NCBI GenBank assembly: GCA_030704615.1
Contig: CM060734.1
Coordinates: 61,256,001-61,320,000 of the forward strand
Source of the DNA: Takakia lepidozioides
Taxonomy: Eukaryota > Plantae > Bryophyta
Reading direction: 5' to 3'
Length of the DNA stretch: 64,000 nucleotides
Shown here piece by piece: positions 23,209 through 34,258 of the stretch. The position numbers were made by a program, and so were the translations under genes. The first letter of the stretch is position 1. Each line of letters starts with the position of its first letter. Below the pieces are notes generated by a model. It was given only the letters and a program-made list of their open reading frames with translations. It was not told the origin of the DNA and ran no database searches.

Positions 23209-26200
23209 CCCTATCTGCTGGCAAGGCCTGCTGATATCCACGAACTGCAGACATCGGCAACAACTCAGGGTACTGCTGCATCAATTGAGCAACATGGCGT
23301 AGGGAGACGCGTTGTGCAGTCTCATCCCTCTCCACATATAAGTAACGTCGTACTCGTACACTTGCCTGAAGCACAGTAGCCAATCCGATGCTGATCCCGT
23401 CAAACAAGTCCAGAAGGCAAATGCCTTCATCCGGACACTGCCACATGATCGGTGTGGTGTCCAATGGTGTCAATTGAGGTGGTTCTGGTGCAATCCCCAC
23501 ACTCTCCTCCTCTCCTGACGGTACAAACGCCTCTTCCCAGGCTTGTTGCACCCGTCGATCAGCAACCTGTTGCAAATCTTTGCTCGAGCCCCACAATGGA
23601 GTGTAAGCAACCATGGCAGGCAACTTCGCCATCCCATACATGTCATCCTGCTCTCCCGGAGGTGACACATCCTCTGAATGAGCATTGCTCTCAAGCAACT
23701 CTCCAGGCCAACTCACTACAAATGTGAATGCTGCCACTGTCGGCATCTTGCCTCGCTCGACAACCGCAACTCCTCCTATGAACGTCACGGGGAGTTGCAC
23801 ATGCCGACCTGACTGCCATCCGGGCCCATAGGAAGCTGATTCCTCCCAAAAATCCAGGGTACAACACTGCCCCACCAACCAGGACATCGTACGAGACCGC
23901 GTTTGTCATAATGGCCTTGGCTCTCATCACTGAGCCATCTGTAGGATGATCCGGCTGTAGTCTGATAGCCAACTCATGCCGTGTCATGCCGTGCGCCTGC
24001 TCTGATCCTCCCAGAGATGTCTGTATCTGGAAAGGACACGGCTCCATATCCGCCTCCGTGAGGCCCAAGCCTGCAATAGCAGCTTTGCCTACATCAATGG
24101 CTGAGCTCCCAAGTCCAACAAGACTCGCAGTGGCCGGTATCTCTTGTCTTCCGGTCCACTCAAACAGAACATGCCATCTTGGTTATCTAATATGACAACT
24201 CCAGGTGTCACCATGACGCGCTCAATGGCTGACCTAGCTGGCAGCTCTACCAACCTGACAGCTGCAGCTTGCCATGGCGCCGCCGTGGCAGTCTTGACCC
24301 TCACATCCGAGGACCCCTCCGTCACTACACTGTCCTACTATCTCCGCAGAAGATGAAGTAACCTCCCCACTCTCACAGAGAGTAGCTGCCAGCCTGAATA
24401 CCTCAGCTGGTCTTACCCCCGGCGTCGCAATCATGGTAGCCGAGAACAATGGAGCCTGACACACAAATGTGGCCACCCCCAGCAGCACACCAGCTGTTGT
24501 AGCCTTGGCAGCACTAGGTAGTGGTGCCACTCGTGTAGCTCTCCCCAATGGCATAGTAACCTCCGCCTCGGTAACAATTGCGCGAGAATTAGGTACCATG
24601 GATGGCGTCGACACTGTCTCCACCAATGTAAATGACCGAGGAAGCCTAGCCTGACGATTTGCTTCCACACTCTGTGGTTCCAACTCCACCTTTGCACCTC
24701 GTGGCTCAGGAACTCGTGCTGCTCCTCGAGTCACTACCGCAGCCGATTCCACTTGCACTAGTGGTAGTGCTGTCCCGTACATAGTGGTAGTGGTAGTGGT
24801 GCCCCACCCATAGTGGTAGTAGTGGTGGCACCTCTCACTAATGGTAGTGCTGCCCCGCACATGAATCCCATGCCTCCCATATCTCCTCCCTTAGGAGCAG
24901 GAGGTGGACCATCCGGCCTTGGAGCCGGTACCACCTGAGTTGTGGCGATGGCAGCGAGCCTCTGCTCTAGCTGCTGAAGACGGTTGGCCATGCCTTGGTC
25001 AACACCCTGACCTCCACGTCCATGGCCATGTTGAGTTTGCCCTTGGCCTGCACCTTGTGCCTGGCCACCTCGTCCTCTCTGGGCTGCTCCACCTTGCCCT
25101 CGGCCACCATTGTTCATTTGGAACTGGCCTAGGTGCAACTCATGATGCAAACCATAGCACTGGGCCTCTCCATGCCCGTACTTGCCACAATGCCCACACT
25201 GCAACTGTGCAGGCTGTGCCTATGCCAAACCATTGCCAATCCTTCTTGACATGGGGTCCTCCACATGTCCAGCACACCACATCCGCCCGTTGTTGGCCTG
25301 CAAATGAAGGGAGAGACCCCTGCACCTGAGATCCTCTCTGTCCTTCCCTAGGCTTCACCTGAGCCCCCTTGTTGCCTGGAATACGTTGGGGTAGTGGTTG
25401 GCTAGGAGCACCATTACCCCGTGGTGTCTCCTTAGCAAATCTCACCATGACCATGCGTTCCTCCACCATGTTGAGCTCTATCCGCTCTGCCAGCAAAAAC
25501 ACATTTGTTAAGGTGGGTTGGGCCGTTTGTAGGAGAGTTGCATCCCGTATCATTCTCCTCAGCTCCTTGTCCAATATCCCATACCAGAATTGGACTGCCT
25601 GAGCCTCCGTAACCCCTTGGATTACATTAATCAAGCGCCTCATACGAGTAAAAGCCTCCCTCAAGCTCTCAGTAGGCTTTCTCTGGAACTCTTGCAAGCT
25701 CCTCAACTTCTCTGTCCTCACCCCTTGGTAGTTCCTTCTCAACTCTTCGAAGAACTCCACAACAGGGTTGAAGGCAGGCACGGCCACTGGTGCTGGTGCA
25801 GCAGTAGCTTGGGTGGACGTCGTAGCCTCTATACCACTAGTCCCATTGCTGCTTGTGGAAGCTGCCGGTGTGGCTGCTGCCCTTGTCCCTCTAGTGTCTC
25901 TAGTGATGGAGACATAGTCGGGTGTCCAGTACATCCTCCACTCTTCGATCTCAAACATCGTGCCCCCGCCTAAACTCATGGTAATCGTGGCAGCCCTTCA
26001 AGGTGCTGAAACAGCCTCTTCCATGCCATAAAAGGCGTAAACAGTTGTGGATTGCGCATTTGCTGCAAGTCACACCAACTATCCAACTCGATGGTGCCCA
26101 CAGCCCCAGAGTACCATCGTGGCCCTTTGGTAGCTCCATACATCTCCTCCATTGTGTCCCACAACAATGGCAATGAAACAACTTGCACCGCCGGTGTAAG

Positions 26201-26341
26201 TCCTCCTGATTCCCAATCCGAATCAGAACCTTCCGTAGAAGACACATGAGGTGAAGGTGGCCTAAACCGCACACCTCGTCTCGTGTACCCGCTAATATCG
26301 CTAGTGCTTGTACCGACATTTTCCCCAGCAACTAGTGACAC
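23209..26341 (-). mobile_element. Truncated Ty3/gypsy-like retrotransposon: gag - zinc knuckles - aspartic protease - C5 DNA methyltransferase N-terminus
   Basis: gag: FFEELRRNYQGVRTEKLRSLQEFQRKPTESLREAFTRM. Knuckles: CWTCGGPHVKKD and CGHCGKYGHGEAQC. Protease: RVLLDLGAQPLM...YDVLVG. Then LLDLFDGISIGL...YLYVERD...ALPAD (C5-MTase motif I-III pattern). Frameshifted; RT and integrase absent. Confidence 0.8.
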
Positions 26342-27379
26342 CTCCGTGTTGCCAAACTGACACTCAACCGGTCATGAACCTGTCTCTAACCCCCTCTCCA
26401 CAAGGTATCCGGGGAAAGAACTTGATGCGGCTTATGGTTGGAATACTAGGTTCCTAACATAGCCTGCACCTGCACCTATATCCACCGCAGACACTCCCAT
26501 GGTTTGCTGGTCATTACCTCCAACCTCACCACAAGATAAACAAAGATGGTATGACTGGTCATCAACCCAGCCTCACCATCGACAACATGCTCTAGGGTTG
26601 GATCGGCGATCAGGCCCGAGTCAACCACCTATAAAATCAAGCACCCACACAAAACTAGCATGACGCACAATCAAGCATGTAGGTGTGGAGGGGATCCAAA
26701 CACAAGAATGAAAACAACAACTCCCCCACACCAAAAACAACTCCATAGTGTCGCTTCTGCAAGGACATCCCAGTCCAAACCCGGACTGACTCTTGCCTCC
26801 ACCTACGGAAAGGTCTCGGCCTACAGAGAAGGTTTCCAGCTATGAGGAAAGCAAGCTACAACAATGTCTATCCCCAGCACGCTCTCATCCCAACACCTTT
26901 TTTTTTTTTCCTCTCTTCTCTCACTTGCATGTCCATGGGGAGCATCCTGTAGACACTCCTCAAACCACCCTCCACGAGCTCATGAAACTTGGCCTCCAAG
27001 GCCCCATGCAAGCCTCCACAGGGTCCGCCAGTGCCTCCTTATGTCCACCAGCCATTCCTCATAATGGAACCTCCTCAGGAAACCAAGCCATCCACTGAAG
27101 GTTCAAGAATGGAGCAAATAGAGGTACATATAGGCCCCAACAACATTATGTCCAAAGAAATTACCTACAGGCTGGTCTCCCCCATAGTGAAGAATTGGGC
27201 TGAAAACCCGAAAAGATTACCTGCAGGGAAATAATCCCCTGTGTTAAAACGTAATGGGGAGGCAATTCCGAATTTTCTGCCGGATCAGCTAGCTCAAAAC
27301 CGTTGTTCTTCAGAGCCCAGCCTCCCCATCAAAGTCCCACGAAACGAGTGAAAAAAGTTTTTTTTTTAATTTTTTTTAA

Positions 27380-27720
27380 TAATAAATTTTTAACTCTAAC
27401 TGTTCGCGGCCTTCCGTGGTTCCAACCGCCCCTCACGGCCCGTCCTAGGTGCTCATTGGCCACGGGCTGCCCCGTGATACCCCATGGTACCATGCCCATG
27501 AGCCTTCACGGCCCGCCATCCCCACGATCTGGTCACCGTGCCCACCCGTGGTATCCGCACCACGACTTCCCATGGTCACGGTCAACAGTCACGGTCAACA
27601 GTCACGGCCTGGGCTCGTGGTATTTCGTGATACCGCCCCCATGGCCCATCACAGCGACAATCACGGCCTCGGTCACTATTCCTTGCATTCCCTGGAACTC
27701 CACACGAGTTTCCATGCGTT
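27380..27720. repeat. Cluster of CACGGC/CACGGT short repeats upstream of the retroelement gag (possible LTR/leader)
   Basis: Many cacgg(c/t) and ccatgg motifs, including the tandem gtcacggtcaaca x2. Confidence 0.45.
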
Positions 27721-28694
27721 CTCGGGTGTTCCCACGCGTTCCTGAGCTCTCCCCGAGCTGGGGTTTGCTCCTGCACCTACTGCCTCTGAGCTATGGCTTC
27801 TGCGGAGCCATCAGCCCCGTCGCCCTGCACTCCAGAGCTCTCATGGCCCACTAGAAGCGCCCCCAACTCAACAAGCAAGCTATATGCTGCCCAACAAGCT
27901 CCATTTTCTTCATGAAGCTCACAAAAATAAATCTGAAAATACACACTTTTACAAACCTTGCTGTACCTGCAGTTCTACTGCACATTCCCTAGCTGTATGA
28001 CGCCTAGTTGCTGCCCTTCCAGCCCCACTCTTGCCACTCCAAGAGCCCTTACAGTGCTAGAGTTTCAGATTGAAACTCCCAACTCAAGCACATGCTTCAC
28101 AAGTGCACTGATTTGCACACAAGAGGGACCAGCCCCCTCTCTTCACTCATATCTCTTCATGAGCTTGGAGTTAAAGCTCCCAACAGGCTACAATGCATCC
28201 CTTCGCAACTCCACTATTCGGATGCTCCTCATCTACCCGCAACAACTGATTTCGGGCAGAAATACTTGGATCTGATCATACCATCTCCAATCTGCAACAC
28301 GTTAGCTTCCCACGCGCAGCCCACATTCCTGCAGCTCCTTACCTCGGCTTGCAGTTGAAGAAGACGGCCACAGTTTGCCCACTCGTGGCCAACATTTCGT
28401 CCGCTTCATACTAGAAACCCAAACTTGGTTGCCATAGCGTCGAGCTATGCAATACTAACCGTCTCTCTATCCATTGCAAACCTGCAACCTGTTCGCCTTC
28501 GCACTCTATCCGCTTTGGATAGGCTCATGCATGGATCGATGAGCCCACCGCGATCTGCCGTGAAGATAACCACGCCAGGTGCCCAAACATGTCTTGGCCC
28601 TTGGATTGATACTTGGATCAATCCCAAATATCAATATATAAAAGCTAGCTATTTCCTAGCTAACTTCACAATAGAAGTAAAATAACTTGACATG

Positions 28695-28810
28695 CCATTG
28701 GATACATAGAAGATTGCACTTGGGCTTAGATGGGCCTCAACATAGGAGACACACTTGGATACATAGGGGATTGCACTTGGACTTAGATGACATTGGACAC
28801 TTGGGCCAAC
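28695..28810. repeat. Short tandem repeat, unit about 57 bp
   Basis: ttggatacatag..gattgcacttgg.cttagatg occurs twice. Confidence 0.7.
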
Positions 28811-29169
28811 GGCACATGCTACCCTAATGAGATTTGAACCATATCAGAACTTGTATTCTTTAGATCTAAGTTATGCTGCGGCTTTGAATGAGTTCGTGGC
28901 TAATAAAAAATTAAATTTTTTCTTGGGTCCGACATTTGACTTATGTATGGAATGTACTTGTTTGTGTACATGCTTTGAAATTTTACAATTATTTAAAAAG
29001 CTAATTTAAAATAAGGTCTAATTAACTGTTGCAAAAGAAAATTATAAAAAAATGGTGTTAGGAAAGAAAGGGTTTTACAATATTACCTAAAATTATGGTG
29101 AAAAAAAATGTGAATTCTTAAAAATATAGCCCAAGTACAAGTATACATTTTGTACGTACGTGATATGAA

Positions 29170-31230
29170 AAAAATACATATAGTGACTTCCCGAGGAGAT
29201 GAGGGTGATGAGGGTGATGACACCCTGGAAAACTAAGACGACATAATATCCTTATGGAGGACGTCTTTAGTCATAGCCAGAAAATCGCCACTCATCTCCA
29301 TCCAACAAGCATTAGCTATCTAAACCCGGAGACTTGAACGAGCTCAGGCTGTCCAGCGCATCTCCCAGCTCCATGTCTGAGAACGGGGCAGAGAAGGATA
29401 ACATGTCATCCGAAAAGATGATCGAGGGAAGGAATACTGTGAAGTATAGACTGCTGGGAACATGCTTGAAGCTGGTCAACTGCACTTTTGTTGAAAAGAT
29501 TAGAGAAGTAAGATCAGGCTGCGAAGGAGGTCATTAGAATTGGGCACAACACCATGATTATCAGAAAGAGCAGAAATGGTTGTGGCAGCACTTCTTTGCT
29601 TTGCTTCGAAAAAAAAACATCGGGTCATTTTCTCTCCTTTGGGGGACCAGTTTATACCAGTGTTGGGCGGCTACCCGCCGGGACCCAGGTTAACCGGAAC
29701 CGGACCGGAACCGGGCCCATTCCTAAGAACCTGATCCGGAACCGGAACCTGCCAATGGAGATCGGCGCAGAACCGAACTGGCGGTTCTTACTGGGTGGGA
29801 GAACCGGAGAACCCGGGGCACGGGGATAAAAACAGGTTCAGGTTCTTAAACCCTTGGTGGGGCTTGGCATAACATGGCATAACACTAGAGAGCCGGTGGG
29901 CCCAAGGCAAAAATTCTTTAATGCTCTCAAGCTCTTGAGATCCTGGGTTCAATGCTTGAAGGCCATGAGATTCTGTTCAATGCTTTAGCGCCATGAGATC
30001 TTGGGTTCAATCTCTAGCTCCATGATATCTTGGCTAAGTTCATTAATAAAATGTTTGAAGATGCCAATACTTGCCGGGTAGCTTAATAGTACTTTCAACC
30101 CATAAAATTTTACCCATTTTCTTCTACCAGTTTATTTAGAGTATTTTTGTTTTTTTTTTGTGTTAGTGAAAACTAACAAAATTGTTGGATTTTAGTTCAA
30201 ATATGTGAATACACTGCTATTTTATCTACCGGACTGATAAAATATTTTAAATCTAATTAAATTAAAAAATAAATAAAATAGAACCGGAACCGATTGTTTT
30301 TATCATCAAACTAACCGGTAACCGGAACCGCCCCCATGTTTAAAAGTTGGATCCGGAACCGGACCGGAACCGGCTCAATAAGAAAAAACCGGAACCGGAT
30401 TCGGAACCGTCTCTTGAAATAATTGTGGAACCAGAACCGAAGGTTCCTTCACAAATGCAAGAACCGCCCAACACTGGTTTATACCCGCTTTTTTGCGCAA
30501 ATTATCCTCTTTGGCCCGCAGAAAGGGTCACAGTCCAAATCTGTGAATAATCGGGCAAGATCAGCCAAATTACGTTTGGCCAAGGCATATGAGGACATCA
30601 GCGGGTTATTGAGTCAAACTACACTGCGCAAGGCATTTGAGCAAGGTTTTTTCAGGTCTGTTCTTGTCCCTAGTATAGAACGCTGCTAATCTCTGGGCTA
30701 CTTTCCTTGTGCTTTCAAACTTTCGGATGAACCTCCAAGTCGGAGAAACAAACTAATTGCCCGAAGTTGCCCAAGTGTCCTTGATCTGTTGCAGGAAGGC
30801 TGGGATGTTAAGAAGGGCCGGATTGAGCCTGAAAACACCCTTTCTTTTAGCCTGAGCTCCAGGGAGGGAGAAGGAAATCAAAACATTGGCATTATCAAAT
30901 TTTGGAAGCACAAGGCCTTTAGTCCCAAGCTTACCCCATACTAGAGGTGTAGGGGAACAGTAAAAGCAGTCCAGACGCGCCCATTTTGCTGTCCATTTCG
31001 CATTCATAACCTGTTTTCGCCATAGGAGGAGATAATCTATTTTAACAGTGTAGGCATAGAATACTGCCACCACCACCAGTCAGTAGCCCAATTGGATAGA
31101 GCACTGCCACCTAGTTGATTCTCGACTCCTACTACTTTGTCAAATGTAGCATCATCTTCTTCCCCTTCTTTAGGGCAGATTGTGCACCTCATGGTGAGGT
31201 TCGTACAAAAGAGGTTAGTTTTCCCTCTCA
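29170..31230 (-). mobile_element. LINE ORF2 fragment (endonuclease C-terminus to RT N-terminus), split by the MITE at 29658-30476
   Basis: Minus strand: WARLDCFY...GVFRLNPALL...IKDTW (30753-31076) and APFSDMELGDALDSLSSFKSPGLD (about 29320-29400). Confidence 0.7.
29658..30476. mobile_element. hAT-type MITE
   Basis: TIR CAGTGTTGGGCGG (13 bp perfect); perfect 8-bp TSD GTTTATAC (29650-29657, 30477-30484); dense GAACCG subterminal repeats. Confidence 0.93.
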
Positions 31231-32125
31231 CTATAATTAACCCTAAAGTGCCAATGGTCCCTATTGACTATTTTCCCAGGTCCAAACCATGAGCTGGAAA
31301 ATCACATTAACATGTAGAAAAAGAATAGTTTCAAAAAAGTTATCGCCCTTTCTAGAAATAATTAAAAAAAAAAGTTATATCACAGTACGCTCTACCGGCA
31401 ATCGACCTCCTGCACGCACCTGATAATTTGCAAGATAATACAGTAAAATCTAGCAAAACTCAGCTGTTGAATGTGGGGCCCAGTTTTTAGCCCCCTTGGA
31501 ATAAAAAATAATTTGCAAGGATTTTTTTTCAGTTTTTCCTGACGGGTCGAGAGTGGAATGTGCTAATTTTGTAACTACTTCATCCAAGTAACTCTTTGTA
31601 TATTTGGCCAAACGATGCAGTGTTGCCACTTGGTCAAAGATAGGGGCGTCAATTTTATTTTTTCTCTTGTTTTCATGGTTTCAAGCTATCTTGTCAATTC
31701 AGCTCTGTTTTGTAGGACTAAAGCAAGGTGTTTCCTGATGACAAAAAAAAATGAGAAAGCAAAGTTCATTCAACACAACCCATATCCCCAAATCCATACA
31801 CTCCTCCGACAACTAACCCAAACCCCATCTCCTACCTTTGCCCTCCACACCACCTCTCATCATTATATAGCTCTCTCAACTTACTACAGGCCACGCCTAT
31901 GACTGCCACTAAAGCTTGCAAATATACATCCCCTCTTTATTCCCACTTCTCCCCACTCATTGAACGACATCACCAACCAATTTTCCTCACCGCTACTCTC
32001 TCTAGCTGAGTCACACCCATCCCTAGCCTTAACCCCAACCTCTCCACCTCGGCCACCACACACCCCTCACCACCCCCACCAATCGCCAATATTGGGCCGA
32101 ACTCCCCACACCCCCCACATAACAC

Positions 32126-32434
32126 ATGACCTTCCACATCACAACATGGAATGTCAGCTCACTAGCAACAAGTTTAGAATGCATGCCTCCAAACACATTC
32201 TCCCCAAACACCAACACCCTCATATACACCCTCCTCCAAGAAACCATGCAACATGATCAACAAACTTTTTCCATCTTTAGAGTAGCCCAGTTTCACCAAC
32301 ATCACATTATACAAGGCAATCTACTACTTACACCCCAACATGTGGGGGTCTCACACTCGCCCCTTCAAACTTTCCATTCAAAATCCACCACCCAAAACCT
32401 TGTCATCCCCTCACACCCCAATACCCATCTATAA
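32126..32434 (+). mobile_element. LINE APE-type endonuclease N-terminal remnant
   Basis: ITTWNVSSL...LLQET motif pair typical of LINE endonuclease starts. Confidence 0.5.
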
Positions 32435-34258
32435 CCATTAACCCTTAAGTTCCCAAGTTTTTTTTTGACTTTTTACCAATTTTGGGTACCCAGCTGTGGT
32501 AAGTTGCCCCTAGAAACCTACCAAAAATCATCCAAAGATTCCAGCCTTATAGTAGTGGACGCATGACATTTATGCATGACATACCAAAAAATGAGCCAAG
32601 TCCACCGTGGAAATTATAGCGTTGGCCCAGACCTCAAATATCAGGTCCCAAAGAAAAAGTGAGAAAGAAATAGGTTTGACCAAATCAAAACCTAGCTTTA
32701 TCCAATTTTGCTTGCCCCAAGACCCACCATTTCCAAATCAATAGTGGAGTGGCTATGACCCCACTAAATTGCAGGTCCAACTGATTTTTTCACCTATGCT
32801 TGCTTTGCATGCAATTACATGGGGGTTGAAATCTCAAAATTGACAAGAGAAAATGTGCCTCCAAATGAAGTACTTTTTTTTCTACAAATTTTTTGAAAGC
32901 CAATGGTGGATGTGTGTATGTAATGCTCACACACCAGATGGTGAAGTGCTTTTTCCAAAATTGCTAATTTTCTGCCAAAAATGGCCTTTGGAGTGCAATC
33001 TGTTTTGGGCTTGTTTTACTACCACGTCAGCGGTCAACAAGCCCTTTTCAGGCCCAAAACGTAAAAATGAGATCTAAGATATTTTTTGTAGGTCGCAGCT
33101 TTTGTTTTTTCTTAGTTTTGTTTTTTCATCATACGACAAATCCCTTGTCATTAAAGCTTCAGGAGTGGGCCCCATCAAATTAGATCTGCAAAAATTAGGT
33201 CGAACCTCAAATTCAAAGTGACCCGATTCAGGTCGCTTGAGAACTTAAGGGTTAATTCAACCATGTCCCGCAGCGGTTCCAGATGTTTCCATTTGAAGGA
33301 AAGAGAAAAAAGAAAAAAAACCCACAAATTACTGTTCAAACAAATCGGGCCCTTCGGTACATAGTGAGAGGAAAACTGACCCATCTTCTGGCGAAATTTC
33401 GCACTTTTTCGACCTCAAAAAAACCAATCGAATATTCTGCCTATTATCTCATGGATGAAATTGCCAAATTTCTCCAAAAAAAATATAAATATTGGATGAA
33501 TTCGCCTAATATGGATGATATACATGGATGAAAGTACAGAGGAGGATGATTCTGTCCAAATTTCAGTGGATGAACAGAAAATATGGCTATTTCCTGCAAA
33601 ACTCAGTAGCCACTCCTGTTATTTCCCAAACTTGAAAAAAAAAAACCCTCATTCCCCACAGGGGTGGGGGAGAAGATAATACCACACAACTGGTAGCAGG
33701 ATTTGAACCCAGTATCACCCGGCGGCACTCGCGAGAGCTACTTCCCTGTGTGAAATCCTCCACCTCCGGTTTAAGTAAAGCGCTCAGCGGCGGGACCCGA
33801 TGCTAGGTAGGGTGCACCGTCAGAGTAAGGGGTGACCCGGAGAGAGGCGATGTATGTGTGGGCTGGTAGCGAGGGTTGGCGGCGGCCCGCAGTGCAGCTG
33901 CCAGATTAGAATAGTTAGAGAGACAGACAGAGCGAGCGAGAGAGAGAGAGAAGAGAGGATTAGGTCATTGGTGTGTGGTGGACGGAGGATAATTTGAGGG
34001 AGGAGGGAAGAGTGAAGGGGCAGATTCGATAGAGAGGGGTTTTGTGGTTGGACATGCCCTAACTTGCTGCTGCATTTGCCTTGAGCATCCACTCTACGTG
34101 GAGTGTGTGTGGCGGGGGGTTTTGACAAGTGTAGATCAGTGCTGGAGTGGTTTGTGTGGTGCAAGCGGGGAAAGGTGAAAAGAAGAGAGAGTCAGAGGGA
34201 GGGGTTTTGTATTGCTTGCTGAGCATCTGTGGATTTGGCAGAGGGGGTGCGGTGGAGG

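Noticed and set aside
26749-28692. Possible 5' LTR of the methyltransferase-bearing retroelement (TGTC...GACA)
   Set aside because: No second LTR, TSD or clear PBS in the window, so the boundaries cannot be supported.
29680-30470. Regular GAACCG repeats suggesting a CRISPR-like array
   Set aside because: The repeats are 6-12 bp, lack unique spacers, and sit inside TIR/TSD-bounded MITE ends in a eukaryotic genome.
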